Positions 10,091 through 20,596 of a DNA stretch of 64,000 bases are shown piece by piece. A program made the position numbers and the translations under genes. This DNA is from a bacterium. Lineage in GTDB: Bacteria > Patescibacteriota > Saccharimonadia > Saccharimonadales > AWTP1-31. The notes under the pieces are model-generated. The model was given only the letters and a program-made list of their open reading frames with translations, was not told the DNA's origin and ran no database searches. The stretch lies in assembly GCA_030426125.1 (NCBI GenBank), contig JAUHZB010000001.1, positions 94,583-158,582 on the forward strand. The letters run 5' to 3'. Every line of letters starts with the position of its first letter. Positions within the stretch are counted from its first letter, which is position 1.

Positions 10091-11316
10091 TGAGTAAAGA
10101 TACTGATGTAGCTATTAGAGTTAGTAACGTTTTTAAGTCTTTTAAATTACCACATGAAAAACAATCTACCGTTAAGGGTCTTTTCTTAAATGCCTTTAAC
10201 GGAAAAAGAACTTATGAAAAACAAGAAGTACTTAAAGGGGTTAACTTAGAGATAAAAAAGGGTGAATTTGTTGGTATAGTCGGACGCAACGGTAGTGGAA
10301 AGAGTACTTTATTGAAGTTGATGGCGGGTATATATAGCCCGGACGCAGGAAGCGTGGAGGTTGAAGGCCAACTTACACCGTTTATCGAGCTAGGTGTTGG
10401 ATTTAGCCCCGATTTAACTGGTAGGGAAAATGTATTTCTAAATGGGGCATTATTAGGATTCAATAGGGATGAGATGAATAAAATGTATGATGGAATCGTC
10501 GAATTTGCAGAATTATCTAATTTCATGGATCAAAAACTAAAGAATTATTCATCTGGGATGCAGGTTAGGCTAGCATTTTCTATTGCTATTCGGGCCCGTA
10601 GTGACATTTTGGTATTAGATGAGGTGCTGGCAGTCGGGGACTCTGCTTTCCAGCAAAAATGTTATGACTATTTTGGGAGTCTGAAGCAGAAAAACGTAAC
10701 AGTAGTACTTGTAACCCATGATATGAGTGCGGTTGAAAAATTCTGCGAGAAGGCAATTCTAATTGAGAGTGGCAAGGTTGTAAAAACTGGAAACAGCTTA
10801 GAGGTTGCTGATGCCTACAGGGCCTTATTTAATGATCAGATAGAAGCCCAGAATCGGCTAGATAATGACAGAAAGAAACAAGATAAGAATGATTCAGAAA
10901 GCTTAATTAATCTGAATTCAATAAAGCTTAGTCAGAATAACCGAACAACTACATTGATTAAAGCTTTAAAGCCGTTTAGTGTGGAGTTATCTTTTGATTC
11001 CAGTGAGGAAATCGAGAATGCTGTAATAGGTTTAAATATTGTGAATTCGCAAAATTTAATTTTAGTGGTTACTAGTATTGGTGCTAAGGGCGATAATTAT
11101 CGAATAAAAAAAGGTAAAAATACTGTAAAGATAAATATTGAAGAAAATATCTATAATGATGATAGCTACTATATTAATCTAGCTATTGCTAAAAAAGAGA
11201 ACGCTAACGAGAAGCTACTTTACAAACAGCAACAAATTCATAAATTTTCAATAAAGGGAATTAACAAACATAAGCACAGTATTACTCACCCTAAGTATAG
11301 TGTTGAGATTGAGTAG
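10090..11316 (+). CDS. wzt: Polysaccharide ABC exporter ATPase with C-terminal carbohydrate-binding domain
   Basis: GRNGSGKST, YSSGMQVRLAF and DEVLAVGD motifs plus a ~170-aa C-terminal extension. Confidence 0.93.
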   Translation: MSKDTDVAIRVSNVFKSFKLPHEKQSTVKGLFLNAFNGKRTYEKQEVLKGVNLEIKKGEFVGIVGRNGSGKSTLLKLMAGIYSPDAGSVEVEGQLTPFIELGVGFSPDLTGRENVFLNGALLGFNRDEMNKMYDGIVEFAELSNFMDQKLKNYSSGMQVRLAFSIAIRARSDILVLDEVLAVGDSAFQQKCYDYFGSLKQKNVTVVLVTHDMSAVEKFCEKAILIESGKVVKTGNSLEVADAYRALFNDQIEAQNRLDNDRKKQDKNDSESLINLNSIKLSQNNRTTTLIKALKPFSVELSFDSSEEIENAVIGLNIVNSQNLILVVTSIGAKGDNYRIKKGKNTVKINIEENIYNDDSYYINLAIAKKENANEKLLYKQQQIHKFSIKGINKHKHSITHPKYSVEIE

Positions 11317-11318
11317 TA

Positions 11319-12767
11319 ATGCTAAAAAAGCTACTGAAGAGTTTATTTAGCAGACTATATAATTCAAGTAATTTTCATATCTATTGTTTGATGTCTCGAT
11401 TTATTCATTTAAGAAAAAATTTTTCACTAAATGGTTTTCGCTATAAATACCAATGTTTTGATTCTATTAACTCTCATGTAGACACTAATATTCCCAAACT
11501 TGCCTGGGTGGCAGAATTAATGGATGGAAAGGCGAATTTTACACTAGGTTCTGAGGTAGAGAGATCCAATGCTATGATTTTTGAAGGAGTATGGTATGGC
11601 GATTACAGAGACTCCAGCCCTACTGATAGTGACGTAGTCTTTGGTAGTGGAGCTGAGATTGTTAACGGAAGATTGATTTTTGTGACTCCTAAACATAACC
11701 TAGAGAGCTTATTTGTGCTAGTAAATAATAAAACTGGTCACTCCTATGTTTCAAATTCTTTTAACTACCTTTTTGTTAGGGCGGGAATTAATACTTCCAG
11801 TAAATTCTTTAAGGCTTTTTCCACTATTATTCAAGATTCTGCTTCAGCTTCCGCTGAAATAGGAGTTGATAGGTATGAAAGAATAATACATCGGGATGAA
11901 CACTGGACTATGTATAGAATGACATATTATAACTTCTCTGTATCTAGAAATGGTTTGATTAAATCTCATTGGCAAAAACCTCGATATGAATATCGAGATT
12001 ATGAAAGTTACAAACAATATTTGGAGTCTACGATACAATCTATTGCTGCCAATGCGCAGAGCCCTCATAGAAAAAAACAAAAATATAAGCTACTGTCTTC
12101 AATTTCGAAGGGTTATGATTCACCAGCAGTTTCCGTACTTGCAAAGAGCGCCGGCCTCAAGCAGTCAGTTACTTTAGATATAGCAGTATATGATTTTAAT
12201 GATAGTGGGCAGCAGATAGCAAAAAAACTAGGCTTGGAAGTGAATAAATGTGAACATATCCTAAGCAACAATATCAACAACCTTAATACTGAATTTGATG
12301 TTAGACTAAAGAAAAAGGCTTACGAGTTTATTGCTTGTGATGGAATAGGGGATGACGTTGCTTTCTTGGGGTTTGAAAAATATCTAAAATCTAAGTTGTA
12401 CTGTTCCGGTACATATGGAGATGTAGTATGGTCAAAGAAACGAAATATTCGCCCAGCATTTAGTAAGCAAGTATTCGAGAAAAGCTTGACCGAATTTAGG
12501 CTTAGAGTGGGTTTTGTGAACATGCCGGTAATAGCAATTGGTGCTAGATTTGGTTCAGCTCTTGGTAGGATTTCTGTATCTGAAGAGATGAATCATTATT
12601 CTATAGGTGGCGATTACGATCGGCCAATACCCCGAAGGTTAGTAGAGACTGCTGGTGTCCCCAGAGACTATTTTGGTATGCAGAAGAGTGCTTCTTCACC
12701 GATGATATTAAATAATAGAGAATTATTTAGTGAGGCGTGTGAGTATGTTATGCAACGCTACCTATAA
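11319..12767 (+). CDS. Asparagine-synthetase-like (PP-loop) protein, possible glycan-modifying enzyme
   Basis: SKGYDS PP-loop-like motif and DYDRPIPRRLVETAGVPR; operonic with wzm/wzt. Confidence 0.55.
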   Translation: MLKKLLKSLFSRLYNSSNFHIYCLMSRFIHLRKNFSLNGFRYKYQCFDSINSHVDTNIPKLAWVAELMDGKANFTLGSEVERSNAMIFEGVWYGDYRDSSPTDSDVVFGSGAEIVNGRLIFVTPKHNLESLFVLVNNKTGHSYVSNSFNYLFVRAGINTSSKFFKAFSTIIQDSASASAEIGVDRYERIIHRDEHWTMYRMTYYNFSVSRNGLIKSHWQKPRYEYRDYESYKQYLESTIQSIAANAQSPHRKKQKYKLLSSISKGYDSPAVSVLAKSAGLKQSVTLDIAVYDFNDSGQQIAKKLGLEVNKCEHILSNNINNLNTEFDVRLKKKAYEFIACDGIGDDVAFLGFEKYLKSKLYCSGTYGDVVWSKKRNIRPAFSKQVFEKSLTEFRLRVGFVNMPVIAIGARFGSALGRISVSEEMNHYSIGGDYDRPIPRRLVETAGVPRDYFGMQKSASSPMILNNRELFSEACEYVMQRYL

Positions 12768-12818
12768 ATTACTGTATTAAAGTCAGCTATTTAACTATAA
12801 TGGGGGCATAGAGGATCT

Positions 12819-14045
12819 ATGGTAAATAGCTATAATAATCAGAAAATATTAATTACCCAGAGTGAGTTGGTTAAATATGCTGGCTCGGAAATAGTTACCT
12901 TAGAGTTGGCCGAGTATTTTACAAGCCAGGGCGCTAAAGTAGATATATTAACTAATTTTATCGACTATCCAATTAAAAAAGAATTCGATAAGATAAATAA
13001 TCTTAAAGTTGAAATTGATTACATTAAATTAGATGCAAGTAAATATGACCTGATATGGATACATCATCAACTAATTCCATATAAATTATTGGAGCAAATC
13101 AAACAAAATAAAAATAAAGCAAAGATTGTGTTCCATCACATGTCGCCCTATCACGGCTTGGAATTTCCGTGCTTTGCATCTATAGAGCAGTCAATAGCCG
13201 ACAAAGTTTTGTATAATTCTGCGGAGACCAAAAAGTCCATAGAAGATAGACTAGGGCAGATTAAACTAAGTGGAGAAGTATTTAGTAACCCATCTCCAGA
13301 TGCTTTTTACTCGGAGGCTGTAGATCATAAGAATACAGAATTAAAGAACCTATTAGTTGTCTCTAGTCATATACCAGAAGAGCTGAATGAAGCAATTAGC
13401 TTACTTCAAAAAAATCATATTGATGTGAAAGTATTCGGCGAAGAAAAAGGGAACTCATTCAAGAGAATCACTCCTGAAGAAATAAATTGGGCCGATACGG
13501 TCTTAAGTATCGGCAAAACAGTACAATACAGCATTGTAAATGGTACGCCAGTGTACTGTTATGATCATTTTGGTGGTCCTGGGTACTTGAAAAGTTCAAA
13601 CATTAACAAAGTATCAGAGCTAAATTTCTCAGGAAGAGGATTTGGTAAAAAAGAGGCCCAACAAATATATAAAGAGTTAATCGATGGCTATGCTGAAGCC
13701 AATAACTTTGCTAAGCAACTTAGAGAAAAAGATTCACAAAAATATTTACTCTCAAGTAAAATGAGTGAATTATTTAACGAATTATCTTCGCAAAACGGAA
13801 AATCCAAGTCACCTAAACAGAGTGACCTTGAAATGTATTATGCGCTTAGCAAGCACCTTTGGGATGTACATGGAAAAATGAACGTTAGCTTGCAAACAAT
13901 TGAACATAACCAAAAACGTCATGCTTCAGAAATTCAACAGTTGTTGAACGATAAGCAAACTATTCTTGAGTCCAATTCATGGAAACTAACTTGGCCATTG
14001 AGAAAGATAAATGATACCCTAAAGTCTATACTGAATAAAACATGA
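12819..14045 (+). CDS. Putative GT-B glycosyltransferase with C-terminal coiled coil
   Basis: YAGSEIVTLELA N-terminal GT-B-like motif; C-terminal coil ending SNSWKLTWPLR. Confidence 0.6.
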   Translation: MVNSYNNQKILITQSELVKYAGSEIVTLELAEYFTSQGAKVDILTNFIDYPIKKEFDKINNLKVEIDYIKLDASKYDLIWIHHQLIPYKLLEQIKQNKNKAKIVFHHMSPYHGLEFPCFASIEQSIADKVLYNSAETKKSIEDRLGQIKLSGEVFSNPSPDAFYSEAVDHKNTELKNLLVVSSHIPEELNEAISLLQKNHIDVKVFGEEKGNSFKRITPEEINWADTVLSIGKTVQYSIVNGTPVYCYDHFGGPGYLKSSNINKVSELNFSGRGFGKKEAQQIYKELIDGYAEANNFAKQLREKDSQKYLLSSKMSELFNELSSQNGKSKSPKQSDLEMYYALSKHLWDVHGKMNVSLQTIEHNQKRHASEIQQLLNDKQTILESNSWKLTWPLRKINDTLKSILNKT

Positions 14046-15961
14046 ATAAAGCACTCATAAAGCGAAAAACAAAGAGAATTCTAGCTCCACTCACAGGGCC
14101 AATATTAAGAGTCGCTTATGTAAGTGTTTTTGGTAAACATATTTTTATAAATAAATATGTTAAGCGAGTTCCAGTAGCAAATAGGGTTGTTGCTATTATT
14201 GAAGATAAAGCTGCTTTAGCCCATACAGCTAATAGTAGAAATATTGAATATAGGCAGTGGGTTCGGAAGAATTATCCCAAGAAAAAAGAACTCGTATTGC
14301 AACAGAAGCATATAAAAGAATTTAAACACAAACCGCTAATAAGTGTAGTTATGCCGACATACAACACTAATCCTACTTTATTGAAGCAGTGTTTAGACTC
14401 GGTTATTAAACAGTCTTATACAAACTGGGAGTTGTGTATAGCTGATGATGCATCAACTAATAAAGAAGTAGTTGAAATTCTTGAAGATTACGCGAAAAAA
14501 CACACTAACATTAAATATATGGTTCGTGACCAGAACGGACATATCTGTAAAGCTAGTAACTCGGCTTTAAAATTAGCTAAAGGTGAATTTGTTTCACTAC
14601 TTGATCACGATGACGTACTTTGGCCTAATGCCTTATACGAGGTTGTAAAAGTCATCAATAATAAACCAAAAACAGACTTTATATATTCCGATGAAGATAA
14701 AATAGATGAAGCAGGTAAAAAACATAGCAATCCATTTTTTAAACCAGATTGGAGTCCTGAATATCTTCGTTCAGTTAACTACATAACCCACTTCTCGACC
14801 ATTAGAAAGAAACTAATCGATAAGGTTGGTGGCTTCAGGCCTGGTTATGAGGGTGCCCAAGATTGGGATCTATTCTTGCGAATAAGTCGTATTACTGACA
14901 AGATAGAGCACATTCCAAGCATAATTTACAGCTGGAGAATGACTGAAACATCAACAGCTCAGGACCCCTCAGCTAAAGAATACGCCTATAAGAACCAAAA
15001 GAAAGCTTTACTGGACGATGTTAAAGAGCGGGGTATGAAGGCAAGGATTGATTGGCAGATTCCATATTCTATGTGGCGGATTGGTTATGAGGTTAAAGAT
15101 AACCCGTTGGTCTCGATAATTATTCCTACTAAGGATCAATATGATTATATAAAGCGTTGCCTAGATTCAATCAAAGAGAAGACTAAATATGAAAACTTTG
15201 AAATCGTTCTTATGGATACTGGATCAACTGACGAAAGAGTTTGGCAATTATATGAAGAACATAAGACTCTTAGTAAATCTTTTAGATTAGTTAAATGGAC
15301 TAAGAAATTTAACTTTGCTGCAGTATGTGATGAGGGCGCAAAAAAGGCTAAGGGAAAGTACTATCTATTTCTAAATAATGACACAGAAGTCATTACTGAG
15401 AGTTGGATTGAAGACATGCTTGGATACGCCCAGCAGAAAGATATTGGCGCAGTCGGCTGTAAGCTGTATTACCCAGATGGAAAATTACAGCACGGAGGAA
15501 TAATCCTCGGTGTTGGTGGCTTGCACGGAACTCCTGGCATCGCTGGACATTTTTTCCCAGCCTTTAAAGATAAGCCAACTGTACAAGATCTAGCTCAGTC
15601 TCTATATGTGGGAGGAACTAGAAACTTCACTGCTGTAACAGCCGCGGTATTAATGGTGGAGAATAAGAAATTCTGGGCAGTTGACGGCTTTGATCCTAAA
15701 TATCGAATAGCTTTTAATGATGTTGATTTCTGCCTAAAGCTGTATGACTCAAACTTGCGAAATGTATATTTACCCCACGTTGAATTATTCCATCATGAGT
15801 CTATTTCTGTGGGTCAACCAGGCTCCAAGGTTCGCGATGTAGCTGAGTTCGACAAAGAAATACAAATGATGTTGAAAAGTTGGAAAAGCTTAATTGAAAA
15901 TGATCCTTACTACCATCCTGAATTTAGGAGGGATGTGGCTAGTGCAAGACTGCGTGATTAG
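14042..15961 (+). CDS. Tandem GT2-GT2 glycosyltransferase (rhamnan-polymerase-like)
   Basis: Two GT2 domains (SVVMPTYN...LDHDD...GAQDWD and SIIIPTKD...LNND...FNDVDFC). Confidence 0.9.
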   Translation: MNKALIKRKTKRILAPLTGPILRVAYVSVFGKHIFINKYVKRVPVANRVVAIIEDKAALAHTANSRNIEYRQWVRKNYPKKKELVLQQKHIKEFKHKPLISVVMPTYNTNPTLLKQCLDSVIKQSYTNWELCIADDASTNKEVVEILEDYAKKHTNIKYMVRDQNGHICKASNSALKLAKGEFVSLLDHDDVLWPNALYEVVKVINNKPKTDFIYSDEDKIDEAGKKHSNPFFKPDWSPEYLRSVNYITHFSTIRKKLIDKVGGFRPGYEGAQDWDLFLRISRITDKIEHIPSIIYSWRMTETSTAQDPSAKEYAYKNQKKALLDDVKERGMKARIDWQIPYSMWRIGYEVKDNPLVSIIIPTKDQYDYIKRCLDSIKEKTKYENFEIVLMDTGSTDERVWQLYEEHKTLSKSFRLVKWTKKFNFAAVCDEGAKKAKGKYYLFLNNDTEVITESWIEDMLGYAQQKDIGAVGCKLYYPDGKLQHGGIILGVGGLHGTPGIAGHFFPAFKDKPTVQDLAQSLYVGGTRNFTAVTAAVLMVENKKFWAVDGFDPKYRIAFNDVDFCLKLYDSNLRNVYLPHVELFHHESISVGQPGSKVRDVAEFDKEIQMMLKSWKSLIENDPYYHPEFRRDVASARLRD

Positions 15962-15978
15962 CTAGTAGTTGCGTTTAC

Positions 15979-17316
15979 TTATGCACCCAACATATAGTAG
16001 GCTATACCTTCGTATCTCCAGGCATCTTGTGCATCGACACGGTCGCGTTCTCTTGTTGATGTGGTCCATAGGTGTCCGCCTGTCACTGAGTTAAATAGTC
16101 TATAGACGGGTAGTTTATTGGGGTTGGATGAGCGTTTTGTAAGGCCAATAAATGAAGTTCCTTCAAGTCGATAGTTATGGTTGTTGACTAGATTGTTTCG
16201 CTCATTAATATCCATGGTCCAGAACCATTTTTTCCCCTTCTTTAGCCGGTATACTCCTAATCTGTCTGACTCAGTTGATTCTGGTTGCTTAAAGGCTACA
16301 CCCTCTAATTTATAGCTAGTTTTACTGTCTAGAGAGTTGGCTTCACAGATGAATGTAGTGTAGTAGTGCCGAGCTTTCTTGGTGCTAAACAGCCTATATA
16401 CCTCTCTGCCTGGAGTAGCATTATTGGAGCAGTTTGCAACAGTGCTGCCGAACCAATCATTATATATTCTCCAGAAATTTCGGTTACCATATGCGCTACA
16501 ATTATTTCCAGTACCGTACAAGTTATTTAAGGCGGCATTATTTGGTTGGTAAGGGGTATAGTTGTACAGAGCTGCAGTTGCTGAGTTCTGAATGTAGACG
16601 TTTGAACCTCCACATGAACCATTAGGATTGTATTGAACATAGCTAGTTTTTTTAGAGCGGTAGTTGAATAGTTCAGGTTGTTTTTCATAACGACGAAGCT
16701 GTCTAGCAGCGTTATACACTTGGTTAAAGAATCCATAGTAGTCGGTATCACAGGGTGCTGTGTCAGGACAGCCATAACCGGTAGCACTGCGGTATTGAAT
16801 GGCCCAAGGCCAATCATCGGTAATTAAGCTTTGTTCTTTTTGAATTAGCACGATCAGTGCTTTTTGACTTACGCTACAGGCTTTAGCAACGTCATTTATT
16901 ATCTGATAGGATGTTTTGTTTCCACCGCTGTAGTTCTTTGTACAGAAACTATCGGCGCTCTTTGAAGGGGTGTTTTGAGTGTAGCCTTTTAGGCACTTAT
17001 ATGGTGGAGGGTTACCGTTTAAGTTACCCCATTCGGCTCTGGTGTAGTACCTGTTTCCAGCGTTATACCAGTGGTTGGAATTCTTGGCGCCGTAGGTGTC
17101 ACATTTAGAAACCTTGGACTTTAGGAAGTTTTGGATTTGTGAGGCGCTCATTGCATCACCTCTATAGAACAGGCTACTGTCGATAATGTTTCCAGCTTTA
17201 AATGAGCTACCACTTAGTGCATCAGCATTACTTGGACTAGCTACTGTAATAGTGCTAACCATTAACCCGGCGACTATAATTAGTTTTAGTGCTAATAATG
17301 ATATGTTTTTAACCAT
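15979..17316 (-). CDS. Secreted putative cell-wall hydrolase (lysozyme-like domain plus C-terminal VYRL/EG repeats)
   Basis: Signal peptide; LIQKEQSLI, ATGYGCPD, ATAALYNYTPY, YGNRNF; three C-terminal xYRL...(Y/W)xxEG repeats resembling DUF5648. Confidence 0.65.
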   Translation of the reverse strand: MVKNISLLALKLIIVAGLMVSTITVASPSNADALSGSSFKAGNIIDSSLFYRGDAMSASQIQNFLKSKVSKCDTYGAKNSNHWYNAGNRYYTRAEWGNLNGNPPPYKCLKGYTQNTPSKSADSFCTKNYSGGNKTSYQIINDVAKACSVSQKALIVLIQKEQSLITDDWPWAIQYRSATGYGCPDTAPCDTDYYGFFNQVYNAARQLRRYEKQPELFNYRSKKTSYVQYNPNGSCGGSNVYIQNSATAALYNYTPYQPNNAALNNLYGTGNNCSAYGNRNFWRIYNDWFGSTVANCSNNATPGREVYRLFSTKKARHYYTTFICEANSLDSKTSYKLEGVAFKQPESTESDRLGVYRLKKGKKWFWTMDINERNNLVNNHNYRLEGTSFIGLTKRSSNPNKLPVYRLFNSVTGGHLWTTSTRERDRVDAQDAWRYEGIAYYMLGA

Positions 17317-17319
17317 AAA

Positions 17320-17925
17320 TTATATCTCCAACTGCTCAGGCGCAGAACTACCTGTTGCTTTATTTGATTCGTATTTGAGTGTCACCTTCCAGGTTCCACT
17401 AGAAAGGTAATTACTAGGAATTTCGATCGGGGCGCATTGAGTATAGCTAACGTTAGTAAAACCTGTTGATGTTAGTGTGCGTTTTGAGGATCCTTTGACG
17501 AAAACAGCGCTACATTTACCACCCTCTTCAAAGACACCATTAATATATCCAGAAACTGATTCTGCTGATACATTGGTAATAACTGGGGTTACTGTTTTTT
17601 TGCTACTACTGTTTTGGTTTGATTCCGACGTTTCTTCTTGAGGGTTATTGGCTTCTTCTTTGCTTTGGAGATCTTTGATCTTATCTGCTGCTTTCTTTTC
17701 TTGCTCTGTGGCAGGAGAGTAGTTTATATCATCGCTCTGTTTATTACTATTCTCAGATGTGGCACCAGACTGATTGTTTTGATTGTTATCTTTGTACATA
17801 AAGAACCACAGACCAGCGACTAAACCAACTAGTAATACAGTAATAGCCATCAAGATTGCTAATTTATTTTTAGCTTTTTTGCTATTCTTATACTTATATT
17901 TACTGTATTTTTTATTTTTGTACAT
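17320..17925 (-). CDS. Membrane-anchored hypothetical protein
   Basis: Basic N-terminus, one TM helix, low-complexity linker, beta-rich domain with two Cys. ATG at 17925 preferred as start. Confidence 0.75.
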   Translation of the reverse strand: MYKNKKYSKYKYKNSKKAKNKLAILMAITVLLVGLVAGLWFFMYKDNNQNNQSGATSENSNKQSDDINYSPATEQEKKAADKIKDLQSKEEANNPQEETSESNQNSSSKKTVTPVITNVSAESVSGYINGVFEEGGKCSAVFVKGSSKRTLTSTGFTNVSYTQCAPIEIPSNYLSSGTWKVTLKYESNKATGSSAPEQLEI

Positions 17926-18036
17926 AATCACTAGCACTATAGCATTGTTTTTATATGGGGTCAATAGCTCGAAAGGTCTAAGTATACATTTATTGAAAAT
18001 GTATTTAAAACTCAGGTTGGTTTATAATTATTAGTA

Positions 18037-19425
18037 ATGAAATCTGCACTGAAAAATGCAGCCTCCAGACTACTAGAGGCACTTAGTTCAAATAAGTTCT
18101 TAACTGTCATTTATGTATGGTTTCTAATACAGACAATCTATATTGTAATTAACGTTAAAGTTGGCATTCCTCCTGACGAGAATTGGCATCTGGGGCTAAT
18201 ACAACTATATACCAGAGATGGTTTAGATCCTGCAATCCAAGATCAGACTGGCTTTTTCTATCTTGGGGAAGTGACTAGGGGAGTCGGCTATTACTATCAC
18301 TATCTGCTAAGCATAGTTACAAGACCACTTGATGCTATGTTCTCTTACGAAACAGTTGTATCAATTCTTAGAATGATCAATGTTTTCATGGGGCTTGGAA
18401 CTTTGATAATTGTTTCTAACCTGACCACAATGCTGAAGTTCTCTAAATTGGTTCGAAATATTGTTGTGTTTTGTTTGGCGAACACTGCAATGTTCGTCTT
18501 TTTAAGCGGTTCAGTCAACTATGATAACTTACTAATTTTGGTTAGTGTATTTAGTGTCTATAGTCTAATGAAATTAATCGATAGATTTAGCATTAACAAT
18601 CTACTAATCTTCTTAGCTGCTGTATTGTTTGGGTTACAAGTAAAGTTTGCCTATGCGCCGTTAGCTTTATTCTTAGTTCTGGTATTATTTTTTGAACTCG
18701 CTAAGAATTATAAAGTTTACTTAAAAGAAGTAAGTAGAACTATCAAAAAAGCAGAGCGCTCTAGTATCGCTTTTGCTACATTAGTGGTGGTTTTATTAGT
18801 AACTTTTGCATTCTCCTATGGTAGAAATATTGTTGAGTATCAAACGGTTGCTCCGAAATGTACCAAAGTGCACAGTCTGGATAATTGTTTGCAGTCTGAA
18901 GTTTTTGCAAGGAATCAGAAGTTTAAAGCAGAACCGCTGTCTGGTCCACTAATGACTAAAGAAGTGTTCTCTTATCGGTGGTTTGAGACCATGCAGGAGA
19001 GGTTGTTCGGCGTTTTCGCCCATAAAAGTTACAAACCCTCAGTAAGAGTGGTACAGGCGATTAATGTTGTCATGTTACTTGGCTTAGTTTGTTTTGTTCG
19101 TTTATATAAACACAGAGATAATAAGCATTTGTATATATTGCTCTTAGCACTTTTCTATACCGCCATACTTCTTATGACCAATTGGGGAACGTATAGTCGG
19201 TCTGGTCGTTTTGGGGTAGCACTTCAGGGTCGATACATTCTTCCAGTGCTTCCACTCATATATATGGTGCTAGTCGGCTATATATTTAAAATGTTTAATA
19301 GCCGCATAGTATATAAATTATTAATATCATTAATTATATGTGCACTTTTCTTTTTATCTTCCGCTCCCGCTTTTATATCTAATACTGATGAAGGCTGGTT
19401 TAAATCTTCATCTATTACAAAATAG
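18037..19425 (+). CDS. GT-C fold (ArnT/PMT-like) membrane glycosyltransferase
   Basis: PPDENWH first-loop motif, VNYDN, QGRY; polytopic. Confidence 0.75.
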   Translation: MKSALKNAASRLLEALSSNKFLTVIYVWFLIQTIYIVINVKVGIPPDENWHLGLIQLYTRDGLDPAIQDQTGFFYLGEVTRGVGYYYHYLLSIVTRPLDAMFSYETVVSILRMINVFMGLGTLIIVSNLTTMLKFSKLVRNIVVFCLANTAMFVFLSGSVNYDNLLILVSVFSVYSLMKLIDRFSINNLLIFLAAVLFGLQVKFAYAPLALFLVLVLFFELAKNYKVYLKEVSRTIKKAERSSIAFATLVVVLLVTFAFSYGRNIVEYQTVAPKCTKVHSLDNCLQSEVFARNQKFKAEPLSGPLMTKEVFSYRWFETMQERLFGVFAHKSYKPSVRVVQAINVVMLLGLVCFVRLYKHRDNKHLYILLLALFYTAILLMTNWGTYSRSGRFGVALQGRYILPVLPLIYMVLVGYIFKMFNSRIVYKLLISLIICALFFLSSAPAFISNTDEGWFKSSSITK

Positions 19426-19504
19426 ATTTATTCGCATATTTCGATATTTATGCTATCTACAGTCTAGATATAAATTGCTATAATACATTTCGAAAGATGA
19501 GTAT

Positions 19505-20596
19505 ATGATACATTTTGTTATTGGTACAAGAGCACAGCTTTTTAAGATGGCGCCTATTATGCGTGAGTGCGACAAGCGTGGTCTAGATTGGCGTTGGGTT
19601 TACACCGTTCAACATAAGGAGACCATAGACAACACCCTAAAAGTTTTTGAGTTAAAAGATCCTGATTACACTCTTTTTGATTGGGACAGTGAAGCAAAAT
19701 CTATGTCCAAGATTTGGTATTGGTTAATTCGGGCTATGCTAGCCTTATTTAAAGGACGAAAGATCTTAGATAAAAAGACTGGTAAGAAAAATATTGTATT
19801 AACTCATGGAGACACGCTAACAACTTGGTGGGGTGCCTTGCTTGGTAGGCTCTATGGTTGCAAGGTCATGCACGTTGAGTCGGGCTTAAGAAGCTTTAAT
19901 ATTTTCAAACCTTTCCCTGAGGAGATTGATAGATTAATTACTTTTCGTTTAGCAAACATTTATGCTTGTCCGGGTGATTGGGCGGTCAATAATTTAAAGA
20001 AGTATAAGGGTGAAAAGATAAATACAGAGGAGAATACCCAGATAGATGTGCTACGCTTTGGATTAGAACACTGCGATAAAGCGACTATAAAAATACCAAA
20101 AGTTAAGTATGTTGTTGCTAGTATTCATAGATACGAGAATATATTTAATCAGGATAGATTTGAAGAGGTTATTGATCGAACATTAGATATATCTAATAAG
20201 TTTAAAGTCTTCTGGGTACAGCATCCTGCAACTAAGCTACAACTTGAGAAGAACCCTAAAATATTAAAGAAACTGAAGGATAATAAGCAAATTAGTTTAC
20301 TGCCCAGGCTTGAGTATCTAGAGTTTATTAAACTAGTAAAGCACTCGGAGTTTGTTATTACAGACGGTGGCGGTAATCAAGAAGAGCTATATCACCTAGG
20401 TAAGCCAACCTTAATATTCCGGAATGAATCTGAAAGGCTAGAGGGATTAAATGATACAGCGATTATATCTAAACTAGATCCCGAAATAATTAGTGAATTT
20501 ATTGCAAACTATAAGAAATATGCAAAACCAGCTTTTAGAAAGAAGGCAGAACCCTCCAAGATGATAGCCGATAGACTAGTAGAATTTAGCAACTAG
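19505..20596 (+). CDS. wecB: UDP-N-acetylglucosamine 2-epimerase family
   Basis: GTRAQLFKMAP, HGDT, HVESGLRS, FPEE, TDGGGNQEE motifs. Confidence 0.85.
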   Translation: MIHFVIGTRAQLFKMAPIMRECDKRGLDWRWVYTVQHKETIDNTLKVFELKDPDYTLFDWDSEAKSMSKIWYWLIRAMLALFKGRKILDKKTGKKNIVLTHGDTLTTWWGALLGRLYGCKVMHVESGLRSFNIFKPFPEEIDRLITFRLANIYACPGDWAVNNLKKYKGEKINTEENTQIDVLRFGLEHCDKATIKIPKVKYVVASIHRYENIFNQDRFEEVIDRTLDISNKFKVFWVQHPATKLQLEKNPKILKKLKDNKQISLLPRLEYLEFIKLVKHSEFVITDGGGNQEELYHLGKPTLIFRNESERLEGLNDTAIISKLDPEIISEFIANYKKYAKPAFRKKAEPSKMIADRLVEFSN

